Assembly: GCA_041600755.1 (NCBI GenBank)
Contig: JBFIJL010000002.1
Span: 16,850-80,849, forward strand
Origin: Candidatus Saccharimonadales bacterium
GTDB lineage: Bacteria; Patescibacteriota; Saccharimonadia; Saccharimonadales; JAXHNE01
DNA length: 64,000 nt
Direction: 5' to 3'
A program made the translations under genes and the position numbers. This document shows positions 1-7,516 of the stretch, one piece after another. The notes under the pieces are model-generated. The model was not told where the DNA came from. It searched no databases and saw nothing but the letters and a program-made list of their open reading frames with translations. Within the stretch, counting starts at the first letter, position 1; each line of letters starts with the position of its first letter.

Positions 1-1
1 A

Positions 2-583
2 AATCCAGATCACGTTATTGCAACAATTGATGACGCAAAAGCAACCCTCACTATTGACCTAGTTGTAGAAACAGGTCGTGGTTATCGCTCAATTGACGAA
101 TCAGCTGCAAAGAAAGCTAGCGACATGATTGCACTCGATGCAGTCTTTAGCCCAGTTACTCGTGTACGTTACAAAGTAGAGAACACTCGTGTCGGACAGA
201 TTACTGACCTCGACAAGTTGCTCATTACTGTCGACACAGACGGAACTATTGCTGCAAGCGACGCTTTTGAAGAAGCGGCTGCAGTACTCGTAAACCAGTA
301 CACCGCGCTTGCAGGATCAACCAAAGTTGAAGCAGTTGCACCGCTTACTGCTGCTGTATTCGAGGATGCAAATGATGCTAACTCTGACGAACCACAAGAA
401 CTCATGACTTCAATCGAAGACTTGAATCTTTCAGCTCGCACAACTAACGCGCTAATTAACAATGACATTCACACACTGAAAGATTTGTTTAGCCTTAGCG
501 ACACTGAACTTCGTGAACTTAAAGGTTTTGGAAGCAAGGCTCTTGACGAAGTAAAAGAAAAAATGGCGGAGTTGGAGCTCTAA
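2..583 (+). CDS. rpoA: RNA polymerase alpha subunit, C-terminal part (5' end lies outside the window)
   Basis: Frame is open from base 2 (NPDHVIATIDDAKATLTIDLVVETGRGY...). The alpha-CTD-like tail reads SARTTNALINNDIHTLKDL...LKGFGSKALDEV. It sits directly upstream of rplQ, as in the conserved pair. Confidence 0.9.
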   Translation, partial: NPDHVIATIDDAKATLTIDLVVETGRGYRSIDESAAKKASDMIALDAVFSPVTRVRYKVENTRVGQITDLDKLLITVDTDGTIAASDAFEEAAAVLVNQYTALAGSTKVEAVAPLTAAVFEDANDANSDEPQELMTSIEDLNLSARTTNALINNDIHTLKDLFSLSDTELRELKGFGSKALDEVKEKMAELEL

Positions 584-584
584 T

Positions 585-1046
585 ATGCATCGACACGGAT
601 ATAAAGGAAGGAAGTTTGGTCGAGAGACAGATCAGCGCCGTGCGCTCATCAAAGGTCTTGCTGACTCACTCGTAAAGTACGAGTCAATCGAAACCACACT
701 TCCGAAGGCCAAGGAAATTGTGCCTTACATGGAAAAACTTGTCACAAAGGCAAAGAAGGGCGATTTACATAATCGTCGTCAGATCATTTCAAAACTACAA
801 ACTAAAGCAAGTGCACACAAACTTGTTGATGAGCTTGCACCAAAAATGCAGTCTCGCACTAGTGGACACCTTCGTGTAGTTCGTACTCGATTGCGTCGTG
901 GCGACAACGCACAGATGGCTCGCGTTAGCTTTATTGCTGACGAAGTGAAGTCTGAAGTTCCAGCGAAAGCTGAAACGACTGCAAAGAAACCTGCGCCAAA
1001 AAAAGCTCCGGCCAAAAAGCCAGCGTCAAAGAAAGAGGCTAAATAA
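585..1046 (+). CDS. rplQ: 50S ribosomal protein L17 with a Lys/Ala/Pro-rich C-terminal tail
   Basis: MHRHGYKGRKFGRETDQRRALIKGLADSLVKYESIETTLPKAKE matches the L17 N-terminus. The tail is AKKPAPKKAPAKKPASKK. Confidence 0.95.
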   Translation: MHRHGYKGRKFGRETDQRRALIKGLADSLVKYESIETTLPKAKEIVPYMEKLVTKAKKGDLHNRRQIISKLQTKASAHKLVDELAPKMQSRTSGHLRVVRTRLRRGDNAQMARVSFIADEVKSEVPAKAETTAKKPAPKKAPAKKPASKKEAK

Positions 1047-1486
1047 TGAAAACTTATAGCGCAAAACCTACAGATGTAACGCGTGAGTGGTATGTCATTG
1101 ACGCTTCTGAAGCACCAATTGGTCGCGTGGCGACACGCGTGGCTCACTTGCTTATGGGTAAGGGTAAGCCAATGTTTACTAACCACATCGACTGTGGTGA
1201 CTTCGTAGTCATCATTAACGCTGGGGATGTACAGGTTACTGGTAAGAAGCTGGACCAGAAGGTCTACTATCGTCACAGTGGTTTTCCTGGTGGAATCAAG
1301 CAACGCACACTGAGTGAACAGATGGAAGCAGATCCAACTGCAGCTATCACGCACGCAGTGCGTGGTATGATGCCTGCAAACAAGCTTCGTGATGGTCGTC
1401 TCATGCGCCTAAAGGTGTATGCTGGTGCCGAACACGAACACGCAGCACAAAAGCCAAAGTTAATTAGCATTAAGGACGTACGGTAA
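1046..1486 (+). CDS. rplM: 50S ribosomal protein L13
   Basis: MKTYSAKPTDVTREWYVIDA...GRVATRVAHLLMGKGKP is typical L13. Its start overlaps the rplQ stop. Confidence 0.95.
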   Translation: MKTYSAKPTDVTREWYVIDASEAPIGRVATRVAHLLMGKGKPMFTNHIDCGDFVVIINAGDVQVTGKKLDQKVYYRHSGFPGGIKQRTLSEQMEADPTAAITHAVRGMMPANKLRDGRLMRLKVYAGAEHEHAAQKPKLISIKDVR

Positions 1487-1887
1487 TGGCAGACAAGCAC
1501 TACACATACGCTCTTGGTCGCCGTAAGGCTGCAACTGCCCGTGTTCGTCTCATGGACGGCACAGGCACCTTCACAGTAAACGGTCTCACTCTTGCTGCAT
1601 TCTTGGATGACAGTAAGTATCTAGAGACTGAAATAATGAAGCCATTTAAAGCACTCGATTTCGATCAAAAGAAATACGATGTGACGGTAATGGTTGCAGG
1701 TGGTGGACAGCACGGTCAAGTTGAAGCAATTCGACTTGGCATAAGCAAAGCCTTCGCAATCAAGAACGAAGATCTCAAGGGTACACTGCGTAAAGCAGAC
1801 CTCCTTGGACGTGACCCTCGCAAGAAAGAACGCAAGAAGTTCGGTCTTAAGGGTGCACGTAAGCAACGACAGTTTACAAAGCGTTAA
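1486..1887 (+). CDS. rpsI: 30S ribosomal protein S9
   Basis: GRRKAATARVRL...GGGQHGQVEAIRLGISKA...RDPRKKERKKFGLKGARKQRQFTKR is typical S9. Its start overlaps the rplM stop. Confidence 0.95.
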   Translation: MADKHYTYALGRRKAATARVRLMDGTGTFTVNGLTLAAFLDDSKYLETEIMKPFKALDFDQKKYDVTVMVAGGGQHGQVEAIRLGISKAFAIKNEDLKGTLRKADLLGRDPRKKERKKFGLKGARKQRQFTKR

Positions 1888-1910
1888 TTTTTTCCGCAAC
1901 TATTGTCGAG

Positions 1911-1950
1911 GCCGTTTGGAGCAACCCTCCAGACGGCTTTTGCTTTTGTT
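1911..1950 (+). terminator. Intrinsic terminator after rpsI
   Basis: 10-bp stem GCCGTTTGGA/TCCAGACGGC (one G-U pair), 7-nt loop, then TTTTGCTTTTGTT. Confidence 0.6.
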
Positions 1951-1966
1951 GGAGTATAGTAGGGCG

Positions 1967-2206
1967 ATGCAGCGTAGCTATAGGAAACTAATCCACAAGA
2001 GCGATGAGTCAGTTCTAGTGGTGTCGCTAGTATCACTATCACTTTTGATATTTTTTGGTGGAGCACTGCGCTTTGTTATGCTTGGGCTTGCACTTGTGAT
2101 CACAACCGGCTATATTATCAGGCATTACGGCGTGTTCCGTGGTGCACTACACATCGTAATCTACATGATAAGTGCTGGTGCTATTTACAAGTACATAATA
2201 ATATGA
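1967..2206 (+). CDS. Small hypothetical membrane protein (79 aa, 2 predicted TM segments)
   Basis: Internal ATG of track ORF 1805..2206. The upstream part of that ORF overlaps rpsI and its terminator. Hydrophobic stretches: VLVVSLVSLSLLIFFGGALRFVMLGLALVITTGYII. Confidence 0.4.
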   Translation: MQRSYRKLIHKSDESVLVVSLVSLSLLIFFGGALRFVMLGLALVITTGYIIRHYGVFRGALHIVIYMISAGAIYKYIII

Positions 2207-2321
2207 TATAATTATAAGATAATGAATATAACTATCCGAACTAACCGATATTGGTTTACCGACTTTAATAGAGGCGGAGTTCGTGCTACTACACAATAGT
2301 TAGCAATAATCACAGAAAACC

Positions 2322-2347
2322 AAACCGCCTCAAAGCAGGCGGTTTTT
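2322..2347 (+). terminator. Intrinsic terminator
   Basis: AAACCGCCT/AGGCGGTTT 9-bp stem, 6-nt loop, then a T5 run. Confidence 0.6.
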
Positions 2348-2367
2348 AATTAAGCAAGGAAAAAACA

Positions 2368-2538
2368 ATGGAAGAGTATGAAGCAAGAGTAATTTTGGAA
2401 GTAAACAAGGTAGAAATGGACATGTGTGACCCAAGGTCATGCGCAGCTGTAGTTACTGCATTGGGTCTTGCGGCAGAGTCAATATCTAATGTGTCGGATG
2501 TAATGGGCGAAATCAATGAATCTATTTATCCAAGCTAA
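2368..2538 (+). CDS. Hypothetical small protein (56 aa, below the ORF-track cutoff)
   Basis: ATG lies 7 nt after AAGGA. Translation: MEEYEARVILEVNKVEMDMCDPRSCAAVVTALGLAAESISNVSDVMGEINESIYPS. No family recognised. Confidence 0.3.
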   Translation: MEEYEARVILEVNKVEMDMCDPRSCAAVVTALGLAAESISNVSDVMGEINESIYPS

Positions 2539-2579
2539 GCAAAAGAATTGAAAAAATGTAGGTTATAATAGGAGTAAAT

Positions 2580-3692
2580 ATGAGTAAACAAGTGATTTTA
2601 ACGGGGCTTCGAGCCAATAATGACCTGCACATTGGGCATGTCTTTGGAGCTATGCGCCCAATTATTGAAATGGCAGCCAATAGATCTGATGAATTTCAGG
2701 TGAATATGTTCATTCCTGATCTTCATAGCTTTACGACGCCAATAGATCATTCGCAGCTGCAAGCACAAATTATGCATAACATTCGATTGTTTGTAGCTGC
2801 TGGATTGCCGCTCGATAACGACAGTATCAACCTGTATCGACAGAGTTATATCCCAGCGCACAGCGAGCTGACAATCATTCTCAACAGCTTTACAGGTATG
2901 GGTGAAATGGGTCGAATGACGCAGTTTAAAGACAAGCAAGAAAAGCTTTCAAGAAATGTAATAGATTCGGGTGAAATTTCAGTTGTTGGTAACGCTGATT
3001 CAGATCGTGCGCGCATGTTGGCATCTGTAGCCTCAACTCGAATCAGTGTTGGACTGTTCGATTATCCGGTGCTCATGGCGGCCGACATTCTGCTGTATGG
3101 TGCTAGCTACGTTCCAGTGGGCGATGATCAATCCCAACATCTTGAGTTTACTCGGGATATAGCGGAGCGCATGAACAATAAGTTTGGTGATGATTTATTT
3201 GTAGTTCCAAAATCTGTAAAAAAGCAACATGCTTTCTTTGGGAAGGAACAGGGGCTGCGCATTCTTGACTTGGTGGATCCTACTAAAAAAATGAGCAAAT
3301 CCGATGAAACTGGCAAGGGCGTAATATTTCTTGGCGATGCTCCAGAGTTAGCGGCTAAAAAGATTATGTCAGCAACAACAGACGACTTGGCATTAATTGC
3401 AAAAAATCATGAACATCAACCTGGCATTACAAACCTACTAGAACTTTACGAACAGCTAGGTGGTGACTCGACTGAGTTCATTGGGCAAACCCAGTACGGG
3501 GCTTTCAAGAAGGCAGTTGCTGACAAAGTCGTGGTTTTTTTGACAGAATTCCAAGCACGAGTTGCAGCAGTTGACGACACTGAGATTCGTGCCAAGCTAG
3601 CTGCAAGCGAAAAAGCAATGAACGAGCAGGCACAAGCTCGCTTATTGCGTGTGCAGCAAGCGATTGGCCTGAGAGACGTTAAGCAGCAATGA
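2580..3692 (+). CDS. trpS: Tryptophan--tRNA ligase
   Basis: Class I aaRS motifs are present: HIGH-like DLHIGH and KMSKS. The overall pattern is TrpRS-like (GDDQSQHLEFTRDIAERMN). Confidence 0.9.
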   Translation: MSKQVILTGLRANNDLHIGHVFGAMRPIIEMAANRSDEFQVNMFIPDLHSFTTPIDHSQLQAQIMHNIRLFVAAGLPLDNDSINLYRQSYIPAHSELTIILNSFTGMGEMGRMTQFKDKQEKLSRNVIDSGEISVVGNADSDRARMLASVASTRISVGLFDYPVLMAADILLYGASYVPVGDDQSQHLEFTRDIAERMNNKFGDDLFVVPKSVKKQHAFFGKEQGLRILDLVDPTKKMSKSDETGKGVIFLGDAPELAAKKIMSATTDDLALIAKNHEHQPGITNLLELYEQLGGDSTEFIGQTQYGAFKKAVADKVVVFLTEFQARVAAVDDTEIRAKLAASEKAMNEQAQARLLRVQQAIGLRDVKQQ

Positions 3693-4552
3693 AGACCTTC
3701 CAGGTAACCGAAGAGCACCATAGAGAACGTGCAGATGTGTTCATGTGCCGAGAATATCCTGATTTGAGCCGGGCCTACATCCAGAAGTTATTCAAGGATG
3801 ACGAACTGACGGTAAACGGTGAACCTGCAAAATCAGGATTTCGTTTGAGGGCAGGCGACACACTTGAGCTTCACCTAGATCTCGATAAAGCTCAAAAGAT
3901 TGAAGATATAGACTTGCCAATTCTGTACCAAGATGACGACATTGCTGTCATCAACAAGCCTGCGGGTGTAATTAGTCACAGCCGGGGACGTTACTGGTAT
4001 GAGCCATCAGTGGCATCATTCATGCGTCAAATTAGCGGACAGGATGGTGAGCGAAGTGGAATCGTGCATCGACTAGACCGCGCCACATCAGGCGTGATGA
4101 TTTGCGCCAAAAATAGCGCTGCACTAGCGCAGCTTCAAAAGCAGTTTGCCGATCGAGATGTGGTGAAGACCTATGTTGCCGTCATAGAGGGCACTCTAGA
4201 TCCCCCAGCTGCAATTATTGACATGCCAATTGAGCGTAATCCAAAAAAACCTCAAACGTTTCGAGTTGGGGCACAGGGCAAGGCAGCTACAACTTCTTAT
4301 GAGGTGCAAGAAGTCGGTGAAAAGTATAGCCTAGTAAAGATGCAGCCACGAACCGGTCGAACTCACCAATTACGAGTGCACTTAGATTATCAAAAGCACC
4401 CAATTGTGGGCGATGTGCTTTATGAAGGAGCAGATGCGCCAAGACTTATGCTGCACGCACAGCAGCTTGAAATTACCATTCCTTCAGGCGAGCGAAAAAC
4501 CTTTGTTGCGCCACTTCCTGAAGAATTTGAAACGATGGTAAAAAGTGCATGA
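3689..4552 (+). CDS. rluD: RluA-family 23S rRNA pseudouridine synthase with an S4 domain
   Basis: GIVHRLDRATSGVMICAKN and RTGRTHQLRVHL motifs. ATGA overlap with the trpS stop. Confidence 0.85.
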   Translation: MKTFQVTEEHHRERADVFMCREYPDLSRAYIQKLFKDDELTVNGEPAKSGFRLRAGDTLELHLDLDKAQKIEDIDLPILYQDDDIAVINKPAGVISHSRGRYWYEPSVASFMRQISGQDGERSGIVHRLDRATSGVMICAKNSAALAQLQKQFADRDVVKTYVAVIEGTLDPPAAIIDMPIERNPKKPQTFRVGAQGKAATTSYEVQEVGEKYSLVKMQPRTGRTHQLRVHLDYQKHPIVGDVLYEGADAPRLMLHAQQLEITIPSGERKTFVAPLPEEFETMVKSA

Positions 4553-5373
4553 AAGCACTGGTTCCAGAAAAACTCGTTGACAGACTTAACTCTTTTGTAG
4601 CCAGTGATGCGCATGGTCTGACGATATTGGGCTCGCACGCGGCCTTGCTTACTGATGAGATTATCCATAAGCTAAGCCTTAACTCCGAGTTTGTAGTGCA
4701 GAAACTTGAACCAGATGAAAAGAAATCAATCACCATCGAGCAAGTAAGGGCTCTCAAAAAAAGCTTTTCACTCAAGCAGATCGTCTCTCAGCCGCGACTT
4801 ATTGTTGTGCCGCATGCAGAGTTGATGGGGCAAGACGCGCAGAATTCAGTCTTAAAGTTACTGGAGGAGCCACCAGCACATGTTAGTTTTGTGCTAATCG
4901 CACAGTCAAAAGAATCATTGCTTTCAACTATTTTATCGCGAACATTATTATGCCGAGTGCCGCAAGCTACAATCGAAGAGACAGTTGCACACTACAAAAA
5001 ACAAGGTGTCGACATGTCTGAAATTCAAAAGTCATTTGTTATAGCATCTGGTGACGCGGGTAAAATTCATGGGCTACTATCTGGCGAGTCCACTTATTAT
5101 GAGTCAATTGAGCAAGCCAAACAATTGATTTCGCAGTCAAGGTTTGAGCGCATTGCTGCAGTTGATGCCATAGCAAAAGACAAGCAAGCCTCTATTCAGC
5201 TACTTTTATCTCTTGAGGATGTGCTGCGTGCACTGTCATCTAGCAAATCCACTACTCAAGATCGGATTGTTAAGTTTACGCAACAAAGGAAAGACATACA
5301 GTCTGCACTTAATTCATTATCGCTCAACGTCAATACCAAGCTAGTGATGCTCGATGTACTTTTGGGTTTGTGA
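4549..5373 (+). CDS. holB: DNA polymerase III delta-prime subunit
   Basis: QNSVLKLLEEPPAHVSFVLIAQS...STILSRT is a clamp-loader box. ATGA overlap with rluD. Confidence 0.75.
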   Translation: MKALVPEKLVDRLNSFVASDAHGLTILGSHAALLTDEIIHKLSLNSEFVVQKLEPDEKKSITIEQVRALKKSFSLKQIVSQPRLIVVPHAELMGQDAQNSVLKLLEEPPAHVSFVLIAQSKESLLSTILSRTLLCRVPQATIEETVAHYKKQGVDMSEIQKSFVIASGDAGKIHGLLSGESTYYESIEQAKQLISQSRFERIAAVDAIAKDKQASIQLLLSLEDVLRALSSSKSTTQDRIVKFTQQRKDIQSALNSLSLNVNTKLVMLDVLLGL

Positions 5374-5393
5374 TGATATACTAATCAATACTG

Positions 5394-6047
5394 ATGTTTG
5401 AACTAGTACTACTTGTAGGTTTTGGGGCTTTTACTCTGCGCAATCTTCATGTTCGCGAGGAAGAGTCTGTCGTGACGCGCACTATCAGCGACAAGTTAGG
5501 AAAATTATGGGATATTGCGCATCAAGGTATGCGTGAGAATCGCTTTCTTCGTGCCGAAAAAGCCCTGCTAACCATCTTGAAACTCGACGAAACTAACGCT
5601 GCGGCCTACAACCGACTCGGCATACTGTATGCCAAGCAGAAAGAGTACAAAGACGCCATTGACTGCTTTGAGATCGCCAGCAGTATTGACCCCAGTCCAT
5701 CAAGTCTTCATAACTTAGGGCTTATTTATTACGAAACAGAAAACTATAATAAGGCTGGAGCGGCTTTTGAACATGCACTTAAACTGGAAGATAGCCTTGC
5801 AGCTCGCCATATTGCATACGCAAAAGTTCAGGAAAAGCTTGGGAACACCAAATTAATGATTAGTGAGCTAGTTAAGGCCACAGAACTTGAGCCGACACAG
5901 GAAAGCTACGGATTGTTGGCCAAAGCCTATGAGGGCGTGGGTAGATTATCCAAGGCAGACGAGATTCGTGAAAAAATGAAAAAATTGATTAAGCCAACCG
6001 GCGGGCGGCCAAAAAAAGTGAAACGACCAAAACGCGTAGTAGTCTAG
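5394..6047 (+). CDS. TPR-repeat protein with an N-terminal TM segment and a basic tail
   Basis: Repeated A..YN.LG..Y....Y..A...FE.A TPR units. N-terminus is MFELVLLVGFGAFTL. Confidence 0.7.
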   Translation: MFELVLLVGFGAFTLRNLHVREEESVVTRTISDKLGKLWDIAHQGMRENRFLRAEKALLTILKLDETNAAAYNRLGILYAKQKEYKDAIDCFEIASSIDPSPSSLHNLGLIYYETENYNKAGAAFEHALKLEDSLAARHIAYAKVQEKLGNTKLMISELVKATELEPTQESYGLLAKAYEGVGRLSKADEIREKMKKLIKPTGGRPKKVKRPKRVVV

Positions 6048-6057
6048 AAGCAATTAA

Positions 6058-6086
6058 TTGCTAAATAACTTCTTATTTGTTACAAT
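6058..6086 (+). promoter_or_regulatory. Sigma-70-type promoter for the tRNA cluster
   Basis: TTGCTA, 17-nt spacer, TACAAT. It lies about 30 nt upstream of tRNA-Thr. Confidence 0.5.
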
Positions 6087-6114
6087 TTCTCGGTACTTTT
6101 ACAATATAACGTTT

Positions 6115-6191
6115 GCCACCTTAGCTCAGTTGGTTAGAGCATCTGTTTTGTAAACAGAGGGTCGTCGGTTCGAATCCGACAGGTGGCTCCA
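6115..6191 (+). tRNA. tRNA-Thr (anticodon TGT), CCA encoded
   Basis: Manual cloverleaf: GCCACCT/AGGTGGC acceptor, anticodon loop TTTGTAA, T-arm GTCGG-TTCGAAT-CCGAC, 3' end TCCA. Confidence 0.9.
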
Positions 6192-6253
6192 AGAGCACAT
6201 GTCCATCCGACAGGTGGCTCCAAGAGCACATGTCCATCCGACAGGTGGCTCCA
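6174..6253 (+). repeat. Three tandem copies of the tRNA-Thr 3' end, separated by a 13-nt spacer
   Basis: ATCCGACAGGTGGCTCCA occurs at 6174-6191, 6205-6222 and 6236-6253. The spacer AGAGCACATGTCC occurs at 6192-6204 and 6223-6235. Confidence 0.9.
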
Positions 6254-6322
6254 TAGATTATTTAACATTGTACATTTTTCGTTTAATTGCCAAATGCACA
6301 GTGTTTAATGATAAATACATAT

Positions 6323-6408
6323 GCAGGGTTAGTGAAGCGGTCAAACACGTCAGACTGTAAATCTGATGGCTTATGCCTTCGCAGGTTCGAATCCTGCACC
6401 CTGCACCA
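6323..6408 (+). tRNA. tRNA-Tyr (anticodon GTA), long variable arm, CCA encoded
   Basis: GCAGGGT/ACCCTGC acceptor, anticodon loop CTGTAAA, variable arm TGGCTTATGCCTTC, T-arm GCAGG-TTCGAAT-CCTGC. Confidence 0.9.
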
Positions 6409-6414
6409 AACAAC

Positions 6415-6678
6415 ATGAAAAATCTCATACACTTTATAAATAAATATGCAATTTGTCCGTTACTGGTGGCTTGTTTTGCGACAGGTGTCATTTTTACGAT
6501 AATTGGAATATATAATTCCCTTAACGGCAATGATACATCAGGCGAGTTTACGTATGGGTTACCCCTTATAGTTATTGGGTTGGTTTCTTTAGTGATCGCG
6601 AAAGTGCAAACGAAAAATTCAGAAGAAAGTATCATGAAATTTTTAGGTGAAGGTATATTCTGGGCTTTGTCACTGTAA
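6415..6678 (+). CDS. Hypothetical small membrane protein (87 aa)
   Basis: ATG lies 7 nt after the tRNA-Tyr CCA. Hydrophobic segments: ICPLLVACFATGVIFTIIGIY and LPLIVIGLVSLVIA. The upstream part of the track ORF is tRNA sequence. Confidence 0.4.
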   Translation: MKNLIHFINKYAICPLLVACFATGVIFTIIGIYNSLNGNDTSGEFTYGLPLIVIGLVSLVIAKVQTKNSEESIMKFLGEGIFWALSL

Positions 6679-6756
6679 CTTGACCAGTAGATTTTATTTT
6701 CCAAAAAGTACACCTACGGTCACTTTTTTGATAGAATAGCCTAAGCGCACAAATTT

Positions 6757-6831
6757 GCCACCTTAGCTCAGGGGTAGAGCACATCCATGGTAAGGATGGG
6801 GTCGTGAGTTCAAATCTCACAGGTGGCTCCA
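6757..6831 (+). tRNA. tRNA-Thr (anticodon GGT), CCA encoded
   Basis: GCCACCT/AGGTGGC acceptor, anticodon loop ATGGTAA, T-arm GTGAG-TTCAAAT-CTCAC. Confidence 0.9.
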
Positions 6832-6879
6832 CGATTTTATGATTGATTTATTAAATGTAACCTGTTAAAGTAGTAATCT

Positions 6880-7083
6880 ATGGCAAAAAAAGGCGGAAAA
6901 CGCAAAATTATCGGACTTGTAAGCGAAGCTACTGGGCATCGTCATTACTACACTGTCAAAAACACGATGAATACTCCTGACAAGATCGAACTTAAAAAGT
7001 ACGATCCAATTGTTAGAAAGCATGTACTATATGTTGAAACCAAGAAAAACCTTGGACGCAACGAAGTAAAGCCAAAGAAATAG
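6880..7083 (+). CDS. rpmG: 50S ribosomal protein L33
   Basis: [44 protein letters not shown] matches the L33 pattern. Confidence 0.9.
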   Translation: MAKKGGKRKIIGLVSEATGHRHYYTVKNTMNTPDKIELKKYDPIVRKHVLYVETKKNLGRNEVKPKK

Positions 7084-7102
7084 TATTCACGTATTGATTA
7101 TT

Positions 7103-7130
7103 AAATAAGCCTCCAATGTGAGGCTTATTT
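7103..7130. terminator. Bidirectional hairpin between convergent rpmG and the 124-aa ORF
   Basis: AAATAAGCCTC/GAGGCTTATTT 11-bp stem with a 6-nt loop. A/T runs lie on both sides. Confidence 0.6.
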
Positions 7131-7499
7131 AATATGTCCAGGAACATATACGGGACTCATCGCTCCAAGTGCTAGAAGAATTTGCTTACCTATACGCCTG
7201 GTAAGTGATTCCCGAGGTTGCTGTAGTTGCGCATCTAACGTGCAAGACGAATCTCCCGTATCTTCATCTGATTCATAGCCATTACATATATTCCCACGCA
7301 TTCTTATGTGATCTGTGAGCATATTTGATCGTATTGTATGCTCCTCGTGGGTGCGAATTTCAACCACTGAAGCTGCAATGCGGGTTAGAGAAGGACAGCC
7401 TATGCAGTTACTTGCATCAAATTCAACCAAAACCATATTGCAGTTATCTGGATTATTGCCCCCGTACATTGGATTGTCTGTGTAGGTGCGTTCACTCAT
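7125..7499 (-). CDS. Hypothetical Cys-containing protein (124 aa)
   Basis: Internal ATG (MSERTYTDNPMYGG...) of track ORF 7125..7571. The longer form would overlap the GH15 3' end. It lies 17 nt downstream of GH15 on the same strand. Confidence 0.45.
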   Translation of the reverse strand: MSERTYTDNPMYGGNNPDNCNMVLVEFDASNCIGCPSLTRIAASVVEIRTHEEHTIRSNMLTDHIRMRGNICNGYESDEDTGDSSCTLDAQLQQPRESLTRRIGKQILLALGAMSPVYVPGHIK

Positions 7500-7516
7500 G
7501 CAATAGTTATAGCAAC

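Noticed and set aside
779-1354. 191-aa minus-strand ORF
   Set aside because: It is entirely antisense to rplQ/rplM. The translation is low-complexity and there is no RBS. It is a shadow ORF.
1805-1966. N-terminal part of track ORF 1805..2206
   Set aside because: It overlaps the rpsI 3' end and the rpsI terminator hairpin. Only the part from ATG 1967 is plausible.
2207-2579. T-box leader upstream of trpS
   Set aside because: There is no T-box consensus (AGGGUGGUACCGCG-like) and no specifier-loop architecture. The region instead contains a terminator and a small ORF.
3689-3692. Possible alternative genetic code (TGA as a sense codon, as in some CPR lineages)
   Set aside because: Conserved genes end at TGA exactly where homologs end. 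TGA also forms ATGA stop/start overlaps (trpS/rluD, rluD/holB, dcd/tmk-thyX). Standard code 11 fits.
6258-6713. 151-aa minus-strand ORF and 6632..6832 minus-strand ORF
   Set aside because: They run across tRNA-Tyr and tRNA-Thr genes, so they are artefacts.
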